DNA of 64,000 nt from the NCBI GenBank assembly GCA_964057225.1, contig OZ059899.1, positions 12,400,001-12,464,000 of the forward strand, written 5' to 3'. The stretch is from Auanema rhodensis. Lineage: Eukaryota > Animalia > Nematoda. Positions 51,511-64,000 of the stretch are shown piece by piece. The stretch's first letter is position 1. Each line of letters opens with the position of its first letter. The notes below the pieces were generated by a model. That model was given only the letters and a program-made list of their open reading frames with translations. It had not been told where the DNA came from and made no database searches. The position numbers and the translations under genes are program-made.

Positions 51511-53030
51511 TGAGAAAGGTCTGAAAGATAGATAGATGGAGGGAAAATGAGAGGTCTGTTACCAGCTGAATACAGATCGGCTTGTGAAAGGGCGGGGCTT
51601 AGTTCTTCCACCAACTGTTAGCCAGAGTAGCTCCTTCACACACTCGGATAGACCTACACCTCGTCCATCGCATACTCATATTGTCTTGCTAGATCCATTC
51701 AGTGATCCCATATATGGTTACGCCCTGATTCTTTATCTGTTTTCAGAATGAAAGATGTAAATCGAGGCCCATTTATCTATTCGCTTTTTTCTGGTGAAGA
51801 CGTGTGAGGTAAATTGAATTTTGAATCTCCTCTTTTGTATATATTATGCTAACTGTATCTAAATATATATATGTATATCATCTGATTATTTCTTTGGTTA
51901 TAAAGCAGTATGACTAATAAGGATCATATCGCTTTTTGACCGAAGGAATTATCTCGATGATATTTCTAATTTTATATTATTGTATTACATTTATACTGGA
52001 AGACATAGCATATTCTATAGAACGATCTGGAACATTCGCTCTCGAAATTTTTGTTTTTGACAAAATTCTTACCAAATGTTTTGATTTCTGCTGTCCTCGC
52101 CTTTGTGTTTATATGGTCAACCATATGGTAATTATATGAAGAATTGTTTATTTGTAGCAATGAATTATTTATATACAAATGAAATTAGATATTTCAAAAA
52201 AAGATTTTGATTGATTCAATCAATATATTCTCTTTATGTGGTTTGCGCAGCATTTGATAATGCTCCATAATTCTTTTGTGCTGAAGAGTACACCCTGCCA
52301 GATAGTGATAGGATACGGAAACGTTAGGCTTTATCAAAAATTCAGAAATTAACGTCTTTTCACGTGAACAAGCAAGGCATTTTCATGTTGAAATGGTGCA
52401 GTAGTACGAACAGTAGGCAATACAATAAGGAGTGGAGACGGAGTCGAGGATGATTGAAAATTAAAAGAGGAAACAAAGATGGTCTTTTTATGTATACTCA
52501 TCGATCAGTGGAAAATCTTTTCTCTTCTTCTAGTATTTTCTCATGTCATCTGCACCTACTAAAAAGGGACAATGTCATAAGATCGTCTCATGGATAATGA
52601 GGAAAAAACAGTTTTTTTCTCGACGTTTCGATGATTTTTTCTTTTCTGTGAATTCCCCACATGAAATAGTAAGAACATTGGTCTGCTTACTTAAACTACT
52701 TCGTTTGTCGAATATTATAATGATATGAAGCCTCATGACTGATAATTAGCCAAATCAATTTGGGAGGAGGGCTCAAAGCCAACTTCATTAGCTACATCCC
52801 GAGATTTCAGTTTCTTCATTTCTCCACTTTTAGCTTTTCCTTGTCTATACGTTGCCTACTTCTATCCTATAACCTCTGTATTCAACTGAATTGTTCTCTA
52901 AAATCGAAGGATCATGCTTACCCTTTGCACTCCATTCGACAGATAGGTCAGCCAACTAAGCACAATAGCTGAACACCGATTTTCTGCCAAATTTGAATTT
53001 TCCTTTTACTCCACACATTTATAAAAAAAT

Positions 53031-54595
53031 ATGAATAATAACCGGAAACGTGTCAGTTACTCTGACTTGGAACAGAACAACAGCATCTCTCGCTATGTGT
53101 CATCTACTCGAGATTCAGTCTGTGAAATAGATGACAGTCAAGATGAGTCTCAACCATTCCTTTTTGATCCTAACGATCCAAAATATCTCTGCTTATGTGG
53201 TCATGCTCATTCTGTGGTAAGTCGTTTTTGCCTTTTCAGTGCTAAACTTAACATTTAGTATAGGGAGAAGGAGGAAGAGAGAGAGAAAGAGAGAACGATA
53301 GAGAGAGATCTAGAGAATATAAGAAAAGGTATCATCTTCTTAACCTGATTTCTTCCGTAAGTCTAAAATAAAAATGATTGAAAACGATGAACGGAGCATG
53401 CGGCTGTCGGACTCCCACAGCGTTTCAAATGCAAGTGTGGACAACATACTGTTGATGTTTCTCCTGTAATGAACGAAGTTATAAGAACAATTCACCGTTC
53501 AATCTCGAATAATAAGAAAATATCCGAGAAAAGTCGAAATATTTTTTCAGACAGGTGTTCGTCTTGTAACATACTTGATGATTATAACTTTATTCGCCGA
53601 TGCTTACGAATTACTAGTGACATACTACTTCTCCAGTGAGGTTGTTAAATTTGTTTGGAATATGAATAGAATCGTTTGGATTCAGATTACGAGAACCATA
53701 CAATCAATAAACGGAACTTTATCAAGCATAGTCAATAACCTTGTAAGACCATAGAATTTTCAATAAAAATTATATTTAAAAACTAACTTCTTTGGAATCT
53801 GAAACATACTACATTTGGATCTCAAAGTTTCGTATATACTTTCAACTTATTTCTACAGAATGAAGAAGAAGTTATTACTAACTTTATGACTATGTGGGGT
53901 GGATTATTTGTCATTTGTTGTATTTTTATCTCAATGAGATATAAGAAACCAGCCTTCTTACTACCATATTTGGTCATTCAGGTACAGTTTTCCAAAGATA
54001 CCCTTTTGTTTCCAAATAGTTTCTTCTAAAGATCATAGGACTTGTGAGTGTGACTATGCTTGGAGCCATGAATTTCCTGATGGCCGTGTCAGATGAGTAC
54101 AGAGATGATTTGCAAATTCATGTTTTCAATTTCTATTTGCCTCTTCAAAACACTCCGAGTAATAAACAAACGACTTGAAAGCTTCATTATTTTCACAAAT
54201 TTTGCTTTAGATCAAACCTTTATCTGCATCATAAAGTTTGGAGCATGTGTGTTTCTTTTCGGATTCCAAGTCTGGCTAGCAATGATAACACTGAGCTGCT
54301 GGCAGTACCTACGGTCTGTGTCCTCAACTAGATTATCAGAACCAACAACATCAACAACTCATTCCAGAGACATCCATTTGCCACATGCTCAAATTGAGGA
54401 AGTTGCAGCAAATGCCGTATTCAAAGGGGTAAGTTTTGAACAAAGTGCCAAGCCCCCCCATTTCGTAATAATTACTTCTAGTTACGCCGCTCAGTCTCAG
54501 CAGAAGATATTAACGATAAAAAGATGCGGAGAAGAGTCGCCGAAGTCAGATCTGTTAGTGTCTGTCTCGACAAGCATCCCATCTTAACCGTTTAA
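53031..54595 (+). CDS. Hypothetical multi-pass membrane protein (nematode FDPNDPKY-C-C-G-H type), multi-exon
   Basis: Exons splice to FLFDPNDPKYLCLCGHAHSV|TGVRLVTYLMIITLF..., several hydrophobic segments, KPAFLLPYLVIQ, and a last exon LRRSVSAEDI...HPILTV*; internal exon structure partly uncertain. Confidence 0.65.
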
Positions 54596-55476
54596 ATTAT
54601 TTTGTCATAATTGTCTTTATATCCCTAGTTTCTCTTAAGTTCTCATGAAATATACTATTATATCGTTACACAATATTAGTTCCGCAAATAAATTAACTTG
54701 ACTTTAATACTTCTTTCTACAAATTCTTTGAAACATACAAAATATTTAATGCTATTTAATTCCTTTTTTCCTACGATTTCTATAACTAATTGCCTTTATT
54801 AACATCAAATCTCTACAACTACCCTTATTTTGAGTATTTAACAAAGTTTTTTTTGAAAAGAATTGAATATAATTATTACGAATAAGCTTCTTTTAAATAT
54901 GTCTAGGTTTCTACCACTTTCATAGTAGTGTGGCATAAGAATTGATAACATTTGAAAATTGGAATTGCGAGATAAAAAAATTGAGACAACTATGAACTAC
55001 ATGAGCATGCGGACGAAAAATGTAGCGTTATTTTCGTTAAAAAGAATTAAAGCAAAATTCGTTTAAAAACAAAATTTTAAAATAAAAATTAATTTGAATA
55101 TATTGAAATATTTCTCCAAATATTTCCAAATTTCCATGGAAACACAAAGAACAACCAAAGAAACGCATACATCATAGATGTTGTGCAATATTTCTCCACG
55201 GTTTGTTTGCCCTTCGGAAGTGACACAACCACTGAGTTTTTTTCCTATATATTTGATCACTTTTTCTTGTGTGCCCTTTTGGTGACATCTTTTTGCCAGT
55301 CGCTAAAGCTTTTCTTATCACTCTTTTGAATCAGATATCATATCAATTGATTTCTTAAACATAACGACAACTTCTGTACGTTTGTGATAGAAGCAGATCG
55401 AAACTTAATTTTTTGTATTCCTCTTAAGCGTTCGTCTCTCTAATTTCTGTTAAATATCAAAATATTTTTAGGGGCT

Positions 55477-58400
55477 ATGAGCACCTTCTATACAGGGGGC
55501 CAAGCTCTTTATATCTCTATATTTTTCACAGTAATTGATGTTACAGTCAACATCTTTGGTTTAGCATGGAACGGAAAAGTGCGTAACATATTTTAAGTCT
55601 GACATCTATTTCCATTAATTTCAGGAATTTACTGTAGAAAACATCAAACATTGGTTTGATTTGGCAAATTATAAATTTTCAGTTAATCCTGTAGACTTTC
55701 TAGTAATCTAACGTTTAAATTTTTTTTCACCGTGAATTATATTCAGGGAGTAGCTTTAATACGAGATTGCATTCTTCTCGGAGGAGGAATTGCAGCATGG
55801 ACTTCACCTAATGGCTTCTCTCAAGCTGCAACCAAATCAAGGTTGGAATTACTTATGAAAAAAGAAATCAAACAGATACCTCAAATGTACCAAAACTAAG
55901 TAAACTTTCAAATTTCAGTAATGTAGTTTTGGGGATAATGCTAACCATGTTGGCTTTTGCTCCTTCTAAGTTATTAGCTTTCTATGAAGACGATAAAATC
56001 CAATTAGCTATTGGAGATTGGATTTTGATGATCTGGTGCTGTTTTGCTGTCATTGCTGTTCATGTAATAGATTTATTTTACCTGAATAATAGATAATTCC
56101 TTTCCAATCCAGGCAGTATGGTCAAATGTTTTCACCAGAGTACACGAATATGACACACTCAGTGGAGAAAGTGGACTTCTCGGTGATCCAGAATTCGAGA
56201 GTCGTATTCGACAGGAAGAAGCTTTGAAACAAGCTGAACAACGTGAAACTTTCACTTTATTATTCCGCTTACTTGGATATATGGCTCGTGAATGGCGTTA
56301 TTACGGATTAGCTTTCTTGTTCCTTCTCAGTTATTCCTTGTGTAAGTATTTTAATCAGTTAATGGAAAAATCTGAAAAAGATGTGATGTGTGATCAAAAA
56401 ACTGAATATTTTGATAATAAAAGCAACCGCTTAATCTGAATTTACGAAAAAGAAGGACCGAACTCATTGTGCACCTATTCAGGTCGTGTCTTCATTCCAT
56501 ATTACACTGGTGAAGTTGTTGCTGCCGTTTTCGGAACTGAGGGAAGCTATGAAAAGCTTCACAGAGCTGTTGGCGTTATGGCTGTGCTCTCTTTCCTTTG
56601 GTTTGTATCTTTAACAGCCACCTAGTAATTAGGAACGATTTTCAGTACTTTCTTTGGAGGTCTAAGAGGAGGTTCTTTCACCTATGCCCATGGTACGATT
56701 GATAGACAAATCCGTAATGACTTATTCCGCTCTGTTATTAGACAAGAAATTGGATTTTTCGATGCTAACAAAACAGGTTTGTAATTCAATTATCTTTCTT
56801 TTCGTCCCTCTAGTGTGTATTTTTCTTAATCTTGTCTGATTTGCCTGCTCTTATCAGCATTTGCACAATACGCACCTCGTAATCGCTTTTTTTTCAACTT
56901 GTTGCCAAAGTTTTTCATATCTTCACTGATATCAATATTGACTTCTGTGTAAAACTGATACAAAAAAGTGTTTAATCGCAAAAAAAACTACTTTTAGGAG
57001 AAATATGTTCAAGATTAACTTCCGACTGTCAGACTATGTCAAACACTTTATCTTTGTACATGAACGTTTTTTGCCGGTAGGTCTTTTTGCTCAAAAAATC
57101 ATCATTTCGATGTATAAATTCCAGTAATATTACTATGCTTGTTGGTTCCATGGTTTTCATGTTCACTCTATCATGGAAGCTATCTATGATTACTCTCATT
57201 AATATTCCAATTATCTTTCTTTTTTACAAGATTTTCGGTGTTTGGTATGATGTGAGTTGTTGATTCGTATTATTTTTCGTTCATCTACATCTCTCCATTT
57301 TTACAAATTCTGTTTTCCTTTCCAGAAACTTTGTGAGGAAACTCAAAATCAAATTGCCAAGTCTAACGATATCGCTGAAGAAGTCATCTCATCAGTTCGT
57401 ACTGTCAAAAGTTTTGCTTGTGAACGATATGAAATTCACCGCTTTTTGGAATGGCTTAATTCAATTCTTAAAATTGCCACTGTACGTGCTTTAGTTGTTA
57501 CTGGTTATATCTGGACTATTGAGGTAAGCAGGAACTATAGTTGTTTCCTTCCATATATAACTTTAGCTTCTTCAAATGGCTATCCTTACCATTGTTTTGG
57601 CATATGGAGGTCACTTGGTTATTCAAGATAAGGTTTGAATCTTATAAACAGGAGTATATTTGTTAAATATCAATTTCAGGTTGCTTCCGGTCTTCTAGTT
57701 TCTTTCTTATTGTATCAATTCCAACTTGGAGAAAATCTCAGAGTAATATTTGAGATATTTTTCTTATATTCAATATTATAATTTAAGGAATTGGGAGAAG
57801 TATGGAATGGACTTATGCAGGCTGTTGGAGCTTCTAGAAAAGTATTTGAATTCATTGATCGTACTCCAAAAGTTGACGTTAGTTTTCATGTTATATTTGT
57901 CTCATAATATTTTCATTTTTAGAACAATGGTAGCTATCGTCCTGATAAGCTGATTGGACGTATCGAATTCAAGAATGTGAAATTCAGTTATCCTCTTCGT
58001 CCAGATCTTCCAATTATGGAAGTATGAACCTTTTTTTTATTCTTGATTGATTTTATTTTTTCAGGATCTTACATTTACTGTTGAGCCTGGAGAGGTCGTC
58101 GCTCTTGTTGGACCATCCGGAGGAGGAAAGTCCTCATGCATTGCTATGCTCGAACATTTCTATGAGCCTACCGGTGGACAAGTTCTTCTAGATGGAGTGC
58201 CAGTCCGGGATTATGACCATAAATATCTTCATAACAAGGTGATTTGAACTATATTTTTCTAATTAACAGCCAATTTTTTTTAGATTTCTCTTGTCGGACA
58301 AGAGCCAGTGCTTTATGCTAGAAGCGTTACCGATAACATTGGTTATGGTTTAGATTATTATAACGATGACATGGTCCAAAAAGCATCCAAGCTTGCTAAT

Positions 58401-59097
58401 GCTCATGGTTTCATTATGGATACAACTGATGGATATAACACTGATGTCGGAGAGAAAGGAAGTCAGATGTCTGGTATGATTCAACCTTGTTATCTTAAAA
58501 ACGTTTTTTTTATTTAAGGGGGACAGAAACAGCGTATCGCCATTGCTCGTGCTTTAGTGCGTGAGCCGGTAGTATTGCTTCTTGATGAAGCCACCTCTGC
58601 TTTGGATTCCGAAAGTGAACACATCGTTCGTTACCATTTCTTGTTCATTCTATTGATTTTAAATTTAGGTACAAGAAGCAATTAGCAAGAATCTGAAGGG
58701 TAAGACAGTCGTCATGATTGCCCATAGATTAAGTACTGTTGAAAACGCTGATAAGATTGTAGTAATTAATAAGGTTGGCCATATATATTTAGTAAAATTT
58801 GACTTTACTGTTTTCAGGGAAAAGTAGAACAAATTGGTACCCACAACGAACTAATTAATCAAGAAGGAATGTATAAATTACTTGTTCAAAGACAAATGAT
58901 GAGTGAGTTTGTCTTGCCAATCTTTTTGTAATTTAAACTTTTACTCTTCAGGTAATGAATTGGATGATGATATAGTCGAGGAAGCTCACGTACCCATCCA
59001 ACCACGATCACGAAAGATTAGACATTCCACATCGCCTGCTCAAAGCATCAGTCAATCTTTCCTTGGTGGAACATCGTTAGCAAACAGCTATCTTTAG
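55477..59097 (+). CDS. haf-9: Half-type ABC transporter, ABCB9/TAPL-like (HAF-9/HAF-4 group), multi-exon
   Basis: N-terminal TMD0, TMD ([22 protein letters not shown]), Walker [25 protein letters not shown], signature [15 protein letters not shown], Walker [19 protein letters not shown]. haf-9 versus haf-4 is from memory of the N-terminus and is less certain than the family call. Confidence 0.88.
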
Positions 59098-59594
59098 GTG
59101 TGCTTTTATATACTTTAATCTCTGTGATGTTTTGCAATTCTATTAAATCACATTACGAGTTTGCCCTTATTGATTACATTTATGTTAAATCTTGTATACG
59201 ATCTTTTCATTCAACTCACTTATCTAGTTTTGCCACACTGATGACTGTTCTCATTTTTGAACAAATTCTTACATATCAATATGTATTCACAACATCAAAA
59301 TGTAATTGATAGTCCAGAAATAAATTGTTTCTTGCTAACACATTGATTACACAGAATTACCGATTTTCAACCGCCCATTGCACAATCTGCTGCAATATAT
59401 ACAATGAGTTTTGAAAAAAGTGCGGCGCGTGAAATCACGTGAAAATATCAAATATAGGGAAAACAACAGGGAAGTAGATTCCGTATAGTAAGTGAAAATT
59501 TTATTCAAGCAGCATGTAATATAGGTATTTCTGTTCGAAACCTACATTTCAATCATTTTAAATTAATGATACAAAAACAGTTTTGGTAAAAACA

Positions 59595-62500
59595 TTATAA
59601 CACTTTCATGCCTCTAAAGTGATCCCCCACTGCCGCCAAGTACGAGAGTTGAAGTGATCTTTCCAAATCAGCCAGTTGTTGCACCGATGAACCAAGGGAC
59701 TGGGCATGTCCTTCGAAAACTTCACCAGCGACTGAATATATTTGGTAATCGTACTTAATGTTTTTAGCTTATACTTCTCTTAGTTCCATACACGATTTTC
59801 CCATCAAATTCATTGATAGGTATTTGGAAATCGTTATCTACCGTAACAATGGTTTGTCCCAAATGCTCTTCAATATCTCCTAACATCTTGAAAATATAAT
59901 ATTTCAATAACATTAGAAGAAAATTAAAATACCGATTGCTCATTAAACCATATACTACATCCTCCTTTGCTAATATCAGCTGTATTCGTACAAGTTGGTT
60001 TTCTACATTTATGGAACCAAACTTTTTCTTCATTAACAGAAACAAGAGAAATTGCCAATCCCATTCTAAAAACCATAATGTATTATTTGAACCCATAAAA
60101 AGGTGAACCTGTCAGCTCTTCCTACTCTTCCTATACGATGAACATAAAGCTCCTTTTCTGCGGGTAAAGTAACATTGATAACTTGAAAATAAATGTTTGA
60201 TAGATAATTTTATCAGAAAGGATACCATATGGAACTCCATTAACATCAACTCCCCTGGCCATTACATCGGTACATATGATGAATGGTAGTTCTTTTCTCT
60301 GAAATAAGAGTAGAAGTTCGGAGCCAAAGCAAGAAAAACCTACTCTGAACAATTCCAGATTATTTTTTCGTTCTTCAGGATTTCGATCACCGTGAAGACA
60401 AGCAGCTTTCAGCCCTAAAAAAAGAGGAAAATTATGAGGAAAATTCGAAAAATACTTAACCATGCTTCAACAAAAATGTTTCTAAATGATCACATTGCTG
60501 CTTGGTTCGACAGAATATTATGCACTGGTCCATATTAAGAGCACGAATGGCCTGAAAAAGATATTCAAAGATAAAATATATTATTCAAGTTTCAAAAGTT
60601 TTTCAAAAAATAAACCTTTAGAACATATTCTCCTTTTAAAATTTTTGTACCTAATGATAATGTGGAACGATCTTTAGTACCTGGCATAACTCTATCAGCA
60701 TTATGAATTCCGTCATCCTCAAATGAGATACGATGAATCAAAATCATTTTTTTTAAAAAACCTCAAGTCTGTTTGGCTCTGGACGAAGTCTTATCCATTG
60801 CTTATCTTCAGCTGGGTCGACTCGACATACAACATGGTGAACATTTTCGGATACAGCATCCATTCCTTTCAGATCAATCCATTGAGGGAAAGTTAAGAAT
60901 CTACTCTAAACGCAAAGTTTGGTTATTAACTCGGAAAACTTCATAACATACAGCGAATTTTTTAATATTGGCATTATGAAGAGTAGCCGAACAAGCAATA
61001 ATCTGTAAAGATCAACATCAAAAACCAAAGTTTTTAAAAAGTTCAACTTGTCGTCTTGAACCATCACATGCCGTTAAAGGCAATAGTTCTAAAAATTGAG
61101 CCAGCATGCGTCCAGAACCACCAGCATCAGCTAATAAGGAGTCCTGAAGATAGTATAAACCTAGAAATTTTGTAAACTTGAACTTACAGCTTCGTCAATA
61201 ATAACAAATTGGAGGGAAGTCAGAGAAATTACTCCATTATAGGCATAATCATAAACTCGTTGAATACTACCTGTAAAGTTTGCACTTTCAGTTAAAATGC
61301 AGCTTCAAAATGCTGACCAGTAATAATATCGCATCCTTGTTGAAGTTTAGCACGATCTTCAGCGCCTCTGGATAAAGCTACGCATCTGATTATATGTAGT
61401 TTAATACAACATGAAACTCAAAAATAAAAACCTGATATTAGGATCGGCTAATCCTTTAGCAAAGTGATCCAAATTTTGATGAGTTTGATCAACCATTTCT
61501 CTTGTGGGTTCAAGAACTATACATAAGGGAGATAAGGGGTCAAGCTTTTTGGGTTGGTTGCCACTTTCGGCATATCTTGTTTCTTCGGTCCTTGCCTTTG
61601 ATACACCAATAAATGCCTAAAATAATAATACAACTATTGGAAAAAGGATAAGTTTATACATTTCCAGGGTTGAACTTGAAAGGTTTATCTCCGAAGTTTA
61701 AGTTGAGGCCCGAATTTTTCAAAACAACAGCGGGGAATAGCCCATTAGTAATTAATTTAGCGGGTACACTATAGGCAGCTTGGAACTGCTTTCCGTTTTT
61801 AGACCACCTGTAATAGTTAGAATGCATTCAGATAAAGAAACAAAGATACCACATAGATTTAGAATCAAGATCCAAAAAGCATCCGATGACGTCATTAGTG
61901 GTGAAACTTTCACCGTAAGCCTCAAATCTCTTGCAATTACTTTTCATTCCGGTACCTCCAAAACCGAAACTTTCGGGGTCAGTACCTATATTGAGATTTC
62001 CTCGCAGCGTAGCCCAACCCATACGACATAAGCCATCTTTAATGATGGTAGCTTCATAATAATATTTTCCTATTATATAATAATTATAATTTGTAATGAT
62101 AGTATGCGAGAAATACCTTTAGCATGTACTCCAGCCATGCAACGTGCACCACACCATTGTCCATTTTCGCTGCTACATTCGAGTTCTCCTTGTCTTAAGC
62201 CTAAGCCAGCATCTCTATCACCAATATTCATTTTCCATCCTTGCTTAACTAATTTGAAGATTGAAAATACTCTGTATCTACAACCATACTTAATGATTTG
62301 GTTTTAACTTTAGGATCAAGAGCGCTTTTTCTATTTTCCCAAACAATCTGAACCACAGGCAGACAAAAAGCCCCCGTTTTACCACTTCCAGTTTCTGCAG
62401 CCTGGATTCATCTTTTATTCGAGAAAAAGAAAAGTTTAACTTACTATGAGAACATCTCCCCCTCCTAGAATACATGGAACAGCTTCACATTGAATAGCCG

Positions 62501-62622
62501 TTGGGATTCTTACAATAAGCGATTATAGCTAGAACAAAATATCAAATTACTTACTCCCATCCAATTTTGGAAACAGACTCAGCTAGTTCAGGAATAACAC
62601 CAAGTTCTTCAAAAGCCGTCAT
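59595..62622 (-). CDS. DDX1: ATP-dependent RNA helicase DDX1 (DEAD box with SPRY insertion), multi-exon
   Basis: [28 protein letters not shown]|[12 protein letters not shown]; [34 protein letters not shown]; IDEA|D; CSATLH; [11 protein letters not shown]; HRIGRVGRA. Confidence 0.93.
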
Positions 62623-62820
62623 AGCTGGAACTGATAAATAGGTCAATGACGTCAACTCAAACAATAAAATAGAAAAAATGAAAATGAAACATTTTTAACA
62701 TTCAAATTTTGAAAAAAAAAATTTATCACTTGTAATTCCTACGTTCCTAATATATTATAATATTTAAAATATATGTCAACAATAACAATAACAATCATAC
62801 AAAAACCTAGGAAACCCGTT

Positions 62821-64000
62821 TTATTTCTTCGATTTCTTTCCTCCCTTTTTGCTTCCCCTCGAGGCTTTTCTTTTCTCGAATTGCATCTCATCTAAAGTTT
62901 TTTGAATATGTTTGATATCTATGTCATCATCAATTGACGCATTAATGGTCATGTGGAAACCTAAAAGAACTTTTGGTCTTCAATCTTTAACATGAAACTT
63001 TTTACCGGTTCGACTAGATAAACTTTCATTTTTGATAATAATTCCTTTCTTAGCTATTCTATTCAAGAAATCTTTATGTTCAACTGTTTTAGATCTTAAT
63101 AGAATTTCTTCCAATGATAGATTCTCAAGAACTTTACGAGGAGTTGGAATTCGACCACAGCTTACTCCATTGATCTGAAACATGAAATCGTGAAGTACTC
63201 AAAAAAGTTTCTATACTGACAACTAGCGTAAAATCTATGTCACAATCATCATCAACCTGTGGCCATGGTTGAAGAGCAAGTGCATCATCTGAAAAAAAGT
63301 TACAAGTAGAAGAGTAAAACACAACTTTGAATATTTACTTCGAGGAATATCTGCAATAGTTTTTACTGATAGTAACGCTTTCCATAATTCAGCAGCAGCA
63401 TAAGGAGCATAAATCTGAAAAGAAATAAGGAGTTACATCTTGTGCTTTGGACAATTACTTGTAGCATGGTGACTAAAGCAAAAACTGATCGCTCAGCTTC
63501 AATGCTGTTGGCAAATACTTCGGGATCAGTTTTCTGAGAAAAAAAAACAAATTTAATAGAAAATATAAAGCTATTATGAAACCCTAAGAGCATTAGTCAT
63601 TCCCTGTAAGCGAGCTAAAGCAGTATTATGCAGGTGAAGAACTTCCAAACACATAGAAACCTAAATTATATTAATCAGGACACGCAGAACAGAGAAAACT
63701 ACATTTCGGACAAAGTAGTTATAACTCTCTTTCAAAGTAGTTTCTACTTCTGGTGATGAAGACGTAGGGTTAACAGTATTCGAGCGTTGTTCAACATAGG
63801 TTGAAACTACCCAAGCAACTCGATCAAGCCATTTTCTAAGACCCTTTAAATCTGAAAATAAGTTATTCAAATTTATAAAATTATTCAAAAATCACCAGAA
63901 TCGCCCCAATTAATAGCTTGTCTAGGAGCAGCAGCTTCTAATAATTGAAGTCTAGTCATATCAATTCCATCTCTCTCTAACACGGTAAGTGGATCCACAC
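62821..64000 (-). CDS. 3' portion of an unidentified multi-exon protein-coding gene with a Lys-rich C-terminus
   Basis: Successive minus-strand ORF pieces bounded by short GT-AG introns (DLKGLRKWLDRVAWVV.., KTDPEVFANSIEAERSVFALV.., GVSCGRIPTPRKVLENL..), ending KKGGKKSKK* at 62821. Confidence 0.7.

Noticed and set aside
59595-62622. Functional link between DDX1 (tRNA ligase complex subunit) and the tRNA array
   Set aside because: 24 kb away, the tRNA has no intron, and nothing in the sequence supports more than coincidence.

Overview
Eukaryotic DNA, almost certainly from a rhabditid nematode (tiny 40-50 nt introns, operon-like spacing, C. elegans-like proteins). 1-3084: 5' part of a BEL/Pao LTR retrotransposon (minus strand; gag-protease ORF open to the window edge, tRNA-Gly PBS, 361-bp LTR) inserted into a tRNA array. 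3085-35705: a ~32.6-kb tandem array of a 167-bp unit carrying an intact tRNA-Leu(AAG) gene (170 plus-strand copies by arithmetic on block ends, then 5 inverted copies and 2 fragments). The array is interrupted by five full copies and one truncated copy of an unclassified, highly structured 344-bp element, three of which contain a nested Tc1/mariner-type MITE. 35990-64000: housekeeping genes: CAD/pyr-1, rla-1, rpl-27a (two paralogous intronic H/ACA snoRNAs), phb-1, eif-2alpha, a membrane protein, a HAF/ABCB9-type half ABC transporter, DDX1 and the 3' part of an unidentified gene. Homology calls are from recognition of translated motifs and remembered reference sequences, not from searches.
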